Virus record (IMG/VR): IMGVR_UViG_2806310702_000001
Length of the DNA stretch: 64,000 nt
Strand: one strand, 5' to 3'
From: an uncultured virus (IMG/VR IMGVR_UViG_2806310702_000001)
Lineage: Duplodnaviria > Heunggongvirae > Uroviricota > Caudoviricetes
Part shown: piece after piece, positions 40,829 to 51,149 of the stretch
Layout of the letters: each line of letters starts with the position of its first letter
Position numbering within the stretch: position 1 is the stretch's first letter
The notes under the pieces: generated by a model
What the model was told of the DNA's origin: nothing
The model's database searches: none
What the model saw: the letters and a program-made list of their open reading frames with translations, nothing else
Made by a program: the position numbers and the translations under genes

Positions 40829-42031
40829 ATGATAGAATTAAAAGGAAAATATAATATAGCTAAAGTATTTACAGATAATATAGAAGAAGGCACTATTGCA
40901 CAAATTATAGAATTATGTAATCAAGAATTTATTAATGAAAGTAAGATACGAATTATGCCTGATGTTCATGCGGGTGCAGGATGTACAATAGGTACAACCA
41001 TGACATTAAAAGATAAAGTAATTCCAAATTTAGTTGGAGTAGATATAGGGTGTGGAGTATTTACTGTTAAATTAGGAAATATAGAAATCGATTTAAATAG
41101 ACTAGATAATGTAATAAGAAAAAATGTACCTTTTGGTCAAGACGTACATAACATATCTCAAGAACAAATATTAGATAATCATGGCATTGATTTAAATAAT
41201 TTAAAATGTGCAAAATATATTAATTTAGATAGAGCATATAAATCTGTTGGCACGCTCGGAGGAGGGAATCATTATATAGAATTAGATAAAGATAGTAAAG
41301 GTAATATTTATTTATCAATTCATACAGGCAGTAGATATTTAGGAAAACAAGTGGCAGAATATTATCAAAATGTAGGCATAGTAAAGTTGTCAGATAATAC
41401 GGAACAAAAGGAGAATATAATTAGGCAATTAAAAGCAGAAGGTAGAGAAAAAGAAATTCAAAAAGAATTAAAAAAGATTAAACCTAAGGCAATAAATAAA
41501 CAATTAGCCTATATTGAAAATGAGGACTTTAATAATTACATTCATGACATGAAGATAGTCCAAAAGTACGCTCATATTAATAGAAAAAGTATTGCACATA
41601 ATATTATTTTATTATTAGGGCTAGACAGTATTAATATTGATGCATTTGATACTATTCATAACTATATTGATACGGATAATATGATATTAAGAAAAGGAGC
41701 TATTTCAGCACAAAAGGGTGAGTTACTAGCTATCCCTATGAATATGAAGGATGGAGTTATAATAGGAACAGGTAAAGGTAATCCAGATTGGAATTACTCA
41801 GCACCTCATGGAGCAGGAAGGCTAATGAGTAGGAGAGTGGCTAAGGAAAATGTAAATATGCAAAAGTTTAAAGATAGTATGAAAGATATTTATAGCACTT
41901 GTGTAACTGAAAATACAATAGATGAGTCACCTATGGCTTATAAACCAATACAAGAGATAGTAGATAATATAAAAGATACAGTTGATATTATAGAGATAGT
42001 AAAACCTATATATAATTTCAAGGCTAATTAA
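40829..42031 (+). CDS. rtcB: RtcB RNA ligase
   Basis: MPDVHAG, GVDIGCG, GTLGGGNH, HTGSR, HNY, SAPHGAGR, DESPMAYK. Confidence 0.95.
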   Translation: MIELKGKYNIAKVFTDNIEEGTIAQIIELCNQEFINESKIRIMPDVHAGAGCTIGTTMTLKDKVIPNLVGVDIGCGVFTVKLGNIEIDLNRLDNVIRKNVPFGQDVHNISQEQILDNHGIDLNNLKCAKYINLDRAYKSVGTLGGGNHYIELDKDSKGNIYLSIHTGSRYLGKQVAEYYQNVGIVKLSDNTEQKENIIRQLKAEGREKEIQKELKKIKPKAINKQLAYIENEDFNNYIHDMKIVQKYAHINRKSIAHNIILLLGLDSINIDAFDTIHNYIDTDNMILRKGAISAQKGELLAIPMNMKDGVIIGTGKGNPDWNYSAPHGAGRLMSRRVAKENVNMQKFKDSMKDIYSTCVTENTIDESPMAYKPIQEIVDNIKDTVDIIEIVKPIYNFKAN

Positions 42032-42174
42032 TTTTAGCCTTGAAAGAGGTGTCATACATAAAATGTCTATTTTAAAATCGTTGAAAAATTAAATTAAATA
42101 TATTAATTAAAGTAAGAACAATATATCTACTGATAGCATATATTATTAGTAGATATATAAGGGAGGTATTATTT

Positions 42175-42831
42175 ATGGATAAAATCATAAGAGAATTACA
42201 CAAAGCATATGATATTTTTAACGAAAGGAAATTTAATGGTCAATTATTACCTTGTGTAATAACAATTCAATCTCAACAAAAGAGTAAAAGCAAACAAGTG
42301 TTAGGATGGTGTTCTTGTGAACCTTGGTGGTGCGAGAAAATAGGTGATAAAGAAAACTATATGTATGAAATAAATATTGTAGCTGATTTTCTAAATAGAA
42401 CCTATGAGGAAATTATGGAGACATTTCTGCATGAGTTAGTCCATATTTCATGTAATTTTAAAGGAGTAATTTCAGCTTCCTCAAGAGGGTATCATAATGA
42501 AAATTTCAAAGAAGAAGCTGAAAGAATAGGGTTAAATGTAGAGAAAGTATCGAGAATTGGTTGGAGTATGACTAGCTTATCAGAAAGTTTATTGCAAGAA
42601 GTGAGAGATTTAGAAATAGATCAAAGCGTATTTTGTTTAAGTAAGGTTGTTGTACCTAAAGAAAAGAAACCTAGAAAACCTGCAGTCAAGTATAAATACA
42701 GATGCCCAAATTGTCATAGAGAAGTAGTTAGTAAGGAAAGTGGTATCGGAATTAAGTGTTTGTATTGTAATACTGATTTTGAGGAGTTAGAGGATAAGAA
42801 TAAGGAAGATAAAGAAAATTTACAAAATTAA
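42175..42831 (+). CDS. SprT-like zinc metalloprotease with zinc ribbon
   Basis: HELVH..C...YH; CPNC...CLYC. Confidence 0.85.
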   Translation: MDKIIRELHKAYDIFNERKFNGQLLPCVITIQSQQKSKSKQVLGWCSCEPWWCEKIGDKENYMYEINIVADFLNRTYEEIMETFLHELVHISCNFKGVISASSRGYHNENFKEEAERIGLNVEKVSRIGWSMTSLSESLLQEVRDLEIDQSVFCLSKVVVPKEKKPRKPAVKYKYRCPNCHREVVSKESGIGIKCLYCNTDFEELEDKNKEDKENLQN

Positions 42832-42916
42832 ATTTAATAAACATACATATATATAAAGCAATAAACTAATAAAGATGGTTAAAAATTAAAATTGTGAGTG
42901 AAAGGAAGGTTTTAAT

Positions 42917-43507
42917 ATGAGTTTTGATATTAGTGAAAACAATGTAAAAGCTTTAAAATTTAGAGATGAATTAATTGAGTTGCTTAAAAAATATAAATGC
43001 AGTTTGTCGACTACAGGAAAAGATGATAGGAATATGGTTTTAGAATTTCATGATAGGGAATTAAATCAATGTCAATCTTATACAATGACAGATGAAGGTG
43101 AACATTATAATCTATATGTAAAAAATAGTAGTGATTGTATTATGGATACATTAATTAAAGACGCTTTTGATAAAGATTGTGGTGAGATGAGTGGTCTAAA
43201 TAGTATATACGTTACATATGGAATAGTAACCAATGATGGCAATAAAGCTAAAGCAAAACTGATAGAAATATATAATAAATTCAATCCACTAGGTGAGGTT
43301 AAATTTTTTGCATTGACAAGAAATGATAAATATATACAATTAAAAAATGGAGAATCATATCGTTGGATTAAACCTAATACAACAACTAGTAGAGGATATA
43401 GGTGTAGAAAAATAATTATAGATAGAAATATAACAATGGAAGAATTGTATAGTAATATACTTCCTATATGTAGGACTAAAGGACTTGAAGATGTAGAGAT
43501 ATTTTAA
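42917..43507 (+). CDS. Hypothetical protein
   Basis: 196 aa, RBS present. Confidence 0.7.
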   Translation: MSFDISENNVKALKFRDELIELLKKYKCSLSTTGKDDRNMVLEFHDRELNQCQSYTMTDEGEHYNLYVKNSSDCIMDTLIKDAFDKDCGEMSGLNSIYVTYGIVTNDGNKAKAKLIEIYNKFNPLGEVKFFALTRNDKYIQLKNGESYRWIKPNTTTSRGYRCRKIIIDRNITMEELYSNILPICRTKGLEDVEIF

Positions 43508-43711
43508 TAACAAACAATTAAAATACACAATAATCATCATTTTAAACGCTTAATTCTTGTAAAATCTTAAAAATTTAAAATTATCTAATACATTTCATTT
43601 AAAATTGATTTTTAAGATTTTGAAGGATTTTGTTACAAATGAATTTCTTAAACCGTTGATACATAAGGGTTTAAAGGGTGTTGAAAGTGTTTAAAATTTG
43701 AGTTTTAAATA

Positions 43712-43751
43712 ATTAAACCCTAGTAGAAGCAAATATCTACTAGGGTTTAAT
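43712..43751. terminator. Bidirectional terminator
   Basis: ATTAAACCCTAGTAGA / TCTACTAGGGTTTAAT. Confidence 0.75.
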
Positions 43752-43779
43752 ATTATATAAATAAAATTTTTTGTGGAGA

Positions 43780-45324
43780 TTACTTGCTTGTGAATATTAC
43801 AACTCCTGTATTTCCATTCTCATCTATACTTCCAGCTGGTACGTTCCATATAGAACCTACACCTATCTTAGTCATTTCAGGGTTTAAGATGTGTTCTTTT
43901 AAATTAGGTGTTTGGTCTAGATATTGTAATTCTTCCATACCTGTCATTGTCCAATGTCCTGCATTTACCTGAGTAACTAATTTTTGAATTAATCCTTTAC
44001 CTGTTAAACCTGTGTTGTCAGCAAATGCAAAGTATCCAACCTCCTTATCATATCCAAATAGTTTACCACTGTTTTTATCCATTAGTTTATATAATTGTTT
44101 ATTTCTATAAGCTTGACCTCTAGCTTCACTATAGCTAGAATAGTAATCATGTCTATCACTACAATTTGGATTGCAGTGGGACTCTGCTCCTACTAAACCT
44201 TTATTTAACCATTGATTTAAATTTCCGCGACCATAGTCTGCACCTGCATTTCTAGAGTAACTTATCTCAAAATTGTTTCTTTTAGCTGAATATCTTCCCA
44301 TTGCATGAAGGTCTACATTATATTCTAATGGTTTTAAACCTTTTGATTGTCTTAATTCATTTATCGCTTGTACTATTTCTTTTTCTATATCGGGTCTCCA
44401 AATTGCCATATTCAACCATGAACATTGATAGATGTATTTAGTAGCATCATAGCCATCTATATTGTTAATCAATTTACAACTAGGACTAGATTTAACATGT
44501 AGTATATCTCTAAATTCTTTTTCTGATGTTGTACTTTTTGGTTCACATATATTTACCTCACTTAAATCCATATGTTCTTCTACATTTTGTAGTCCGTCAA
44601 ATTTTACACTTAATCCTTTGAACTTCATAAAGTTGTTTAAGTCGAATATTTCTGCTTCTTTTTTATTCTGTCTTTTTTGATTGTATTCAGGTTTTTTAGC
44701 TATTAATTTTTTGATAGTACTTAATGTATAATATTGAGAATCTAAAGGACGTGTCTTACTTATATCATCTTCCCATTGGTAATATTTATCTATAAAAACG
44801 TCACCTTCAGGTAGTAACTTATTTGGGGCTAAAGATTTCATAACATTCCAAATCATTTCCCTTGTGTAATGTATTGCTTCATCTGTCTCGCTCTTTATCT
44901 CTTCTTTCTTTACTTCGTCTTTCTTTTCTGTTATCTTTTCTTCATGTACATAATCATCTAATTTTCCATACTTTCCATCAATATTAAATCCATTTGCATT
45001 TTTTATGAATTCATTTAAATCAAAAGTTTTTCCTTCATTTTTAACTTTTAAGAAAGCTTCTATAATAGTAGAGTAATCTACATATTTTCCACTATCATCT
45101 TTAATAGCTATAAAGTCACCTTTGCTTAAGTCTCTGATAAACGAATCGTAAATTTTATGATCTTGACCCGTCTTGCTATTTAGAAAACTTTCTTGTAATT
45201 CTGCAATACTATATGATTTTCTAGTATTATTAGTATACAATTCATAATTGATAGGTAGTGCATAAGCAACGCTACTATTTAGCATTAGTAAAGTAATTAA
45301 TGCTGTTAGTTTTTTCTTTAACAT
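43780..45324 (-). CDS. Secreted protein with C-terminal CAP/SCP domain
   Basis: Signal peptide MLKKKL...AYA; INELRQSKGLKPL; HILNPEMTKIGVG. Confidence 0.8.
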   Translation of the reverse strand: MLKKKLTALITLLMLNSSVAYALPINYELYTNNTRKSYSIAELQESFLNSKTGQDHKIYDSFIRDLSKGDFIAIKDDSGKYVDYSTIIEAFLKVKNEGKTFDLNEFIKNANGFNIDGKYGKLDDYVHEEKITEKKDEVKKEEIKSETDEAIHYTREMIWNVMKSLAPNKLLPEGDVFIDKYYQWEDDISKTRPLDSQYYTLSTIKKLIAKKPEYNQKRQNKKEAEIFDLNNFMKFKGLSVKFDGLQNVEEHMDLSEVNICEPKSTTSEKEFRDILHVKSSPSCKLINNIDGYDATKYIYQCSWLNMAIWRPDIEKEIVQAINELRQSKGLKPLEYNVDLHAMGRYSAKRNNFEISYSRNAGADYGRGNLNQWLNKGLVGAESHCNPNCSDRHDYYSSYSEARGQAYRNKQLYKLMDKNSGKLFGYDKEVGYFAFADNTGLTGKGLIQKLVTQVNAGHWTMTGMEELQYLDQTPNLKEHILNPEMTKIGVGSIWNVPAGSIDENGNTGVVIFTSK

Positions 45325-45360
45325 ATAAAATCTCCTCTGTTGTTTGATATATATTCTATA

Positions 45361-46739
45361 CTATAATAGTGCATTTTAAATTGAATAATTTTACAGTTAA
45401 ATAGATAAATACTATTTTATGCTATTTTTAAATTTTCAAAAATTTTTTCTATAGGTTGACCGTTTAAGGCTGCTGAATAAATAAAAATAATTTGAGATTT
45501 TTTAAAATCATTTTTAGCTAATTTTAACCCTGTATTGAATTGTAAAGTTTTGCTTGAGTATAACTTACAATAAGTATAGGTTATAAACATTATAGTAAGA
45601 TATCGAAGGATACTTCTTTCACTTCTTACTTGATAACTATCTAAACCTAAATAATTTTTACAATCTCTGAAGAATGGTTCAATAGCCCACCTATCGGTGT
45701 ATTTAAATATAATATCTAAAGGTTTTAACACTAGGTCTGTAGATATAAATGCTTTTAAAGAACCTTCTTTTTGAAAGGATTCTTTGGGATAACTTAAAAT
45801 TATTGAAACATTTTTCATATCATTTAAGTGTCCAGTATAGTTATAAATATAGTAATGTCTACCTTTAACTTTGACGAGGTCAAAGGAATCTTTATTTAAA
45901 CTAGTAGCAAATTTATGTAATTTTATCCCTAATCTTTCATGACCTTTAGGATATATAACTCTATTAGTTTTAAGTGCACCAATATAAGCGTAGCCTGCTA
46001 ACGCAGAAGCTTTAAAAATAGCTTTACAACTATACCAACTATCACATAAAATATACCCTTTATTAACAGGCTTAGGCATTGATTTAATTAATTTAGTAGC
46101 TATATCTATCTTACTCATATTACTCTTATCGTAGATTTTTATTGAGTAAGGTAAAACTAAACCATCACAAGAAAGTAAGGCAACTACTAATTGATGACCA
46201 TATTCTGTTTTCCTTTTTAAATGTGAATTATGGAAATAACATTTTTCTATAGGATTTACTGCCTTTGACGAGGGCTTTGTTTTTTCAGAAATAGTGTCAT
46301 CAATTATTAAATAAATTGGTTTTTGTGATTTCTCGGATTTATTCCAAATAAGATCTATAACCTTAGATTTCAAAGCATTTATTAATAAATTTTCATCCCA
46401 ATTGCTTTTAGATAAAAATCTTGTAATACTAGTTCTATGCCTTTTAGAAGCAAGTTCCGCTATGTCAGATACTTTACCATTAAATCCTTTTAAAATCATA
46501 GCGTTCATAATACCTTCTAAATGCTTTAATTGAGGTTTAGTTAGATATAAATCAAAATTTAATTGTTTAAAAAATTTGTATAGTGATAATTCATTTGATA
46601 TAATTGAGTTCTGAAACATTTATGCATAACTCCTTGTTATTGTTATTGTGTGAGAACTTAATTATAACAGGATTTTGTATAAATGTTTTTTTGTTTTATT
46701 TAACTGTAAAATTATTCAATCATTTTTGCACCATTATAG
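45361..46739 (-). mobile_element. IS701-like insertion sequence, 1379 bp
   Basis: Imperfect ~43-bp terminal IRs (CTATAAT.GTGCA...TTGAATAATTTTACAGTTAAATA); 7-bp direct repeat TTCTATA at 45354-45360 and 46740-46746. Confidence 0.9.
45417..46619 (-). CDS. DDE transposase (IS701-like)
   Basis: IIDDT, CDSWY, YTDRWAIEPFFRDCKNYLGL. Confidence 0.95.
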   Translation of the reverse strand: MFQNSIISNELSLYKFFKQLNFDLYLTKPQLKHLEGIMNAMILKGFNGKVSDIAELASKRHRTSITRFLSKSNWDENLLINALKSKVIDLIWNKSEKSQKPIYLIIDDTISEKTKPSSKAVNPIEKCYFHNSHLKRKTEYGHQLVVALLSCDGLVLPYSIKIYDKSNMSKIDIATKLIKSMPKPVNKGYILCDSWYSCKAIFKASALAGYAYIGALKTNRVIYPKGHERLGIKLHKFATSLNKDSFDLVKVKGRHYYIYNYTGHLNDMKNVSIILSYPKESFQKEGSLKAFISTDLVLKPLDIIFKYTDRWAIEPFFRDCKNYLGLDSYQVRSERSILRYLTIMFITYTYCKLYSSKTLQFNTGLKLAKNDFKKSQIIFIYSAALNGQPIEKIFENLKIA

Positions 46740-46748
46740 TTCTATATA

Positions 46749-46777
46749 ATTATAAGTTAAATTTTGTTAAAACGCAA
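46749..46777 (-). promoter_or_regulatory. Leftward sigA promoter, probably the original CAP-gene promoter
   Basis: TTGCGT-17-TATAAT on the minus strand. Confidence 0.6.
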
Positions 46778-46830
46778 TAAAATGTAATAATAAGAATATT
46801 ATAATTAAAAAAGAAAGATTTACATATTAT

Positions 46831-46891
46831 AAAATTAAATTAAAATATTTTAAAATTAATTGTTGACATTATAAAAATATAGTAGTATACT
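46831..46891 (+). promoter_or_regulatory. sigA promoter with upstream box
   Basis: Box 46831, TTGACA 46863, 17 bp, TATACT. Confidence 0.8.
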
Positions 46892-46957
46892 TATAAATGT
46901 AGACAGAAAGAAACACTACATACGGTAGCAAAATTAAATTAAAGGTGGTGAATAAAA

Positions 46958-47161
46958 TTGCTAAATTATAATTCGCAAAAATTAACAAAAGACAATAAGA
47001 TTTATATTAAAGACTTTAATGACGTAGAATATTGTTTGACTGTAGGCGGATTAAAATTAATGGACTATCATACACAAGAATTTATAAGAGTAATCAGTTT
47101 TAATGAGTATGATAAGATTAATAATAAGCTAGATGAAATATTAATATCAAAATTAAATTAA
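46958..47161 (+). CDS. Hypothetical protein
   Basis: 67 aa, GGTGGTGA RBS, TTG start. Confidence 0.55.
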   Translation: MLNYNSQKLTKDNKIYIKDFNDVEYCLTVGGLKLMDYHTQEFIRVISFNEYDKINNKLDEILISKLN

Positions 47162-47187
47162 AGAATTATAAAGAAAGGAATGAGTTT

Positions 47188-47778
47188 ATGAATAAGCCAA
47201 AAATAATTCTAGTATTAGGTCAATCAGCAAGTGGCAAATCAACTTTAATAGAAGAAATGGAATGGTATGGGTATAAAGCCGTACAAAGCTATACTACTAG
47301 ACCAAAGCGAACTAAAAATGAAAAAGGACATATATTTGTAAAAGAAAGTGATTATACTTTTATTCAGGATAATAAAACCAATGAAGTAAGAATATATGAC
47401 AAACTAGGGAATGAAGTCAATATAGTAGCTTATACATATTTCAATGAAAATCATTATTGGGCAACCATGGATCAAGTGGCAGGAAGTACGTATTACATAA
47501 TAGATAAAGCAGGTGTAGATGATTTCATTGATAAAGTAGGAGATAAAGTAGATTATAAAATAGTATATATAACTGTTCCGTTCTTTACTAGGATTAAAAG
47601 ATTAATAAAGAGAGATGGATTAGTGAAGGGAGTATCAAGACTAATTAATGATTTTAAAATGTTTAGAAGATTAAAATATGATGAAAGGATAATTAATAAA
47701 GATTTAGAACATAGTGTTCAAGAATTAAGAATGATAACAGAAAAATTTATAAAATCAAAAGAAAAGGTGATTAAATGA
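47188..47778 (+). CDS. Guanylate-kinase-like NMP kinase
   Basis: GQSASGKST, SYTTRPKR..E..H.FV. Confidence 0.85.
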   Translation: MNKPKIILVLGQSASGKSTLIEEMEWYGYKAVQSYTTRPKRTKNEKGHIFVKESDYTFIQDNKTNEVRIYDKLGNEVNIVAYTYFNENHYWATMDQVAGSTYYIIDKAGVDDFIDKVGDKVDYKIVYITVPFFTRIKRLIKRDGLVKGVSRLINDFKMFRRLKYDERIINKDLEHSVQELRMITEKFIKSKEKVIK

Positions 47779-48242
47779 TAAAATTATATATATTGGTATT
47801 TATACTAAAGTTGGTGGATTGCATATTCACTACAACCAAGACAAAAGCTTTGATTTATGGATATGACAAATTTGCAGGAATATTAAAAGGAGTAGCATCC
47901 ATTACAAATGCGATAATATTAATGAATGTAGTAATAGCTAAAAGCTATACAGGAATAATTGTAATAGGTGTCGCAGAAACTCTAGGAACATTTTTGGCTA
48001 CAGGATTATTTAATAAGTTTAAGAAGGATGAAGAATGGACATTCTTTGTAGCTCCAAAGACAAGAGAAGATAGTAAAGTAATTGCAGATACTTTAAGAGA
48101 TGAAGGTATACATACTTATACAATTGAAGGATATTATAATAAAAATTCTGTATTGAGTTGTATTGTATCAGCTAAAACTAAAGAAGAAAGCAAGATTGTA
48201 AATCAAGTTTGTAAGGACAAAGCAAAATGTAAAAGGATATAA
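47775..48242 (+). CDS. Membrane protein (DUF5698/DUF2179-like)
   Basis: About three TM helices followed by a LRDEG..TY soluble domain. Confidence 0.6.
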   Translation: MIKLYILVFILKLVDCIFTTTKTKALIYGYDKFAGILKGVASITNAIILMNVVIAKSYTGIIVIGVAETLGTFLATGLFNKFKKDEEWTFFVAPKTREDSKVIADTLRDEGIHTYTIEGYYNKNSVLSCIVSAKTKEESKIVNQVCKDKAKCKRI

Positions 48243-48280
48243 AAAACGGCTTTTATTGTGAAAATAGGGAGGAATAATTA

Positions 48281-48544
48281 ATGAAAAAGTATACTTATGT
48301 AACAATATTAACACCAGAATTAGATGGAAATGGATTATATGCAACATTTCCAGATTTAAAAGGTTGTTTCACTTGTGGAGATACCATCAAAGATACTTGT
48401 AATCGAGCTAAAGAAGCATTAGAAGGATATTTAGGTGTATTAATAGAAAAGGGACAAAAACCACCTACGCCAACACATATAAATGATATTAAAGTAAACT
48501 CAACGGATTTTCCATTGTTAGCGTTAATTGAAGCTGAAATATAG
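48281..48544 (+). CDS. HicB-like antitoxin domain protein, orphan
   Basis: FPDLKGCFTCGDT...AKEALEG...PPTP. Confidence 0.85.
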   Translation: MKKYTYVTILTPELDGNGLYATFPDLKGCFTCGDTIKDTCNRAKEALEGYLGVLIEKGQKPPTPTHINDIKVNSTDFPLLALIEAEI

Positions 48545-48563
48545 AGGAGGAGGATTAGTAATT

Positions 48564-48824
48564 ATGAAGTGTAGAAAATATGAAGGTTATAGTGTGTTAT
48601 GCCAAGACTGTGATATAAAGGAACATATAGCATGTAGTAAGAAATTTCATTTTGATAAGAAAGAAAAATATATAAGTGTACAAAGAAAAGATTTTATGAA
48701 TGCAACTTGAAATGAGTGTCCCACTTGTGGAAACTCTATTGGATATCAACCGTTGAATAATAGCTACAGATGTCCTAAATGTAGCCAATTAATATCTTGG
48801 GAAACTGAAGAGGAGGAAAATTAA
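48564..48824 (+). pseudogene. Zinc-ribbon protein interrupted by an in-frame TGA
   Basis: Frame continues past TGA 48708-48710 as NECPTCG...RCPKCSQLISW. Confidence 0.65.
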
Positions 48825-48825
48825 T

Positions 48826-49173
48826 ATGAACAAAACATATAAAGGTTGGGAAATTCTTAAAATGACAGAGGAAGGAAAATTTAAAGAGGGTGATAGAATC
48901 CATAACGATATTACTGGCTATGAATTCGATGGTGAATTGTGGATTGACATGTATGATGTATCAGCAGGAGTAGAAATATCAGAATTTATAGGTCAAGAGT
49001 TCGAAATTATAACTAAACCAGTAACTTTTATGGAAGCATTTACAGCATTGCAAAGTAACAAAAATATCAAAGTTGAACATAATGGAGTTAAACATTTTAA
49101 AGGAAATCATCCTGAAGATTATTTATTTAATGAGAGTGATATATCTAGGGGTGTATGGTATATCGAAGAATAA
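48826..49173 (+). CDS. Hypothetical phage protein
   Basis: 115 aa, GAGGAGG RBS. Confidence 0.75.
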   Translation: MNKTYKGWEILKMTEEGKFKEGDRIHNDITGYEFDGELWIDMYDVSAGVEISEFIGQEFEIITKPVTFMEAFTALQSNKNIKVEHNGVKHFKGNHPEDYLFNESDISRGVWYIEE

Positions 49174-49242
49174 TTAAAAATTAAACTCATAAAATGGAGT
49201 TTTTATCGTGATATAATTTAAATAGAATAGGAGAGATCAAAC

Positions 49243-49626
49243 ATGCTTTACACATCATATCTAAATAAACTAAATGCGTTACCAAAGGATACACCTAAAA
49301 TGTTAATCACTAGATTCATACCTAAATGGTTTAATATTAAGAAATATCCTAATACATATTTAAAACGAGAATTAGCACCATCTCAAGATTTATTATTGCG
49401 ATTTAAGAAAGATAATGATTGGGACGAGTATATTGAAAATTTCACTAAGGAAATGGAAGCTAGACAAGATATGAAAGAAGCTTTAAATAAAATGTTAGAA
49501 TATTTAAGGAAGGGCAATGATGTTGTACTAATTTGTTATGAGAAAGACTATAAACATTGTCATAGAAGTTTAATAGGTAAATGGGTACAATCTCAGGGCA
49601 TAGAGTGGAAAGAATATAATTTTTAA
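49243..49626 (+). CDS. DUF488-family protein
   Basis: YTSY, ELAPS, LICYEKD...CHR. Confidence 0.8.
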   Translation: MLYTSYLNKLNALPKDTPKMLITRFIPKWFNIKKYPNTYLKRELAPSQDLLLRFKKDNDWDEYIENFTKEMEARQDMKEALNKMLEYLRKGNDVVLICYEKDYKHCHRSLIGKWVQSQGIEWKEYNF

Positions 49627-49638
49627 GGAGGAGTTATT

Positions 49639-50079
49639 ATGGAATTAATAGAAAAGAAAATGAATTTATTTGAGGTAGACGATAGATATTATCTAGCACA
49701 TTGTATTAGTGCTGATTGTACTACAGATAGTAGAAGTATGGGTAGAGGTATAGTTGTAGAATTTAATAAAAGGTTTAATATGAAAAATAAGATAAGAGAA
49801 TTCTATGGAAAAACTACAGTTAAAATTGGAGACGTAGCATTGATAGGAAGAGTCTTTAACCTTATCACAAAAGGTAAATACTATGGTAAACCTACTTATC
49901 TTTCATTTAGTATAATGCTAGAAGAATTAAAATCACAAGTAGTAGAAAACAATATTAAATATTTAGCTATTCCTAAAATAGGATGTGGATTGGATCGTCT
50001 TTCATGGGGTAGAGTTAGAGAAATGATTAAAGAGACATTTCAAGATATAGATATAAAAATATTAGTATGTAGTTTATAG
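49639..50079 (+). CDS. Macro domain (Poa1p/TARG1/DarG-like) ADP-ribose hydrolase
   Basis: LAHCISAD, MGRGI, FNLITK, AIPKIGCGLDRLSW. Confidence 0.9.
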   Translation: MELIEKKMNLFEVDDRYYLAHCISADCTTDSRSMGRGIVVEFNKRFNMKNKIREFYGKTTVKIGDVALIGRVFNLITKGKYYGKPTYLSFSIMLEELKSQVVENNIKYLAIPKIGCGLDRLSWGRVREMIKETFQDIDIKILVCSL

Positions 50080-50091
50080 GAGGGTGTTTTA

Positions 50092-50493
50092 ATGGTAAAA
50101 GTAATGATATTCGGTGGAAGAGATTTTAATAACTATAATTTATTAAAAGAAAAGTGTGATGAAATTTTAAAAGATATTGAAGATGAAATTGTTATTGTTT
50201 CAGGCAAAGCTAGTGGGGCAGATAGTTTGGGTGAAAGATACGCTAAAGAAAAAGGGTATATCGTAGAAGAACATCCTGCAAAATGGAATGATTTAAATTC
50301 TACACCATGCAGAATAAAAGTTAATAGGTATGGCAGAGAATACAATGCATTAGCAGGGATGAATAGAAACAAAGATATGGTAAATGCTTCAGATATAGCT
50401 ATAGGATTTTGGGATGGTAAAAGTAAAGGTACTGCTAATAGTATTGCATTGGCTAAAAAGAAAGGAATAAGATTAGAAATAATTAAATATTAG
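50092..50493 (+). CDS. SLOG-superfamily protein (YspA/DUF2493-like)
   Basis: FGGRDF, VSGKASGAD, AGMNRN, FWDGKSKGT. Confidence 0.85.
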   Translation: MVKVMIFGGRDFNNYNLLKEKCDEILKDIEDEIVIVSGKASGADSLGERYAKEKGYIVEEHPAKWNDLNSTPCRIKVNRYGREYNALAGMNRNKDMVNASDIAIGFWDGKSKGTANSIALAKKKGIRLEIIKY

Positions 50494-50636
50494 AATGATG
50501 ATATACCTAGACATACACATATATAAATTTGTATACGATAAAAATGGATGAAGCAGTATAGCAATATATTGCGTATGGAATAAAATTCTAGTACCATATA
50601 TGTAGAGAGTAGATAAATTAGAAAGAAGGTAAGTAT

Positions 50637-51149
50637 ATGTATGAAATAATTAAAGTAGAACAATTAGGAAGTACAATAAACAAGTACGATATGTCTATTG
50701 TAATAAAGAATAATACCAGCTTAGAACATTTAAAGCATATTATCGAAACTGAGATAATACCAAAGGCACAACAGAAATATAATTTTGATGAATTGTATAT
50801 CGGATTTTTTGAGGACAAAAATTTAATAGGATTTGGAACAACTTTAGGTTATGCAATATGTTCACCAACAGGAGATTTTTCAGGTAAATATAAACTAAAT
50901 CACGATTTATCTAATATGAAAATAGGTTATGATAATTTATCAAATTTTGAGGACAAGTGGAATAATAGACTAACTCATAAAGAAGCTATTATATTTAAAG
51001 ATATTAAAAGTGGTTTTACAAATGAAGCTACTAGTGGAGATATAGAAGCAGAAAATGAGGTAATTAGAAAAGTAGCAAGTAAACATAACGTATCATTTGA
51101 TGAAGTTAATGAGGTTATATTCAAACACGCTAAACATTTTCGCTATTAA
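50637..51149 (+). CDS. Hypothetical protein flanked by inverted repeats
   Basis: 170 aa. Confidence 0.7.
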   Translation: MYEIIKVEQLGSTINKYDMSIVIKNNTSLEHLKHIIETEIIPKAQQKYNFDELYIGFFEDKNLIGFGTTLGYAICSPTGDFSGKYKLNHDLSNMKIGYDNLSNFEDKWNNRLTHKEAIIFKDIKSGFTNEATSGDIEAENEVIRKVASKHNVSFDEVNEVIFKHAKHFRY

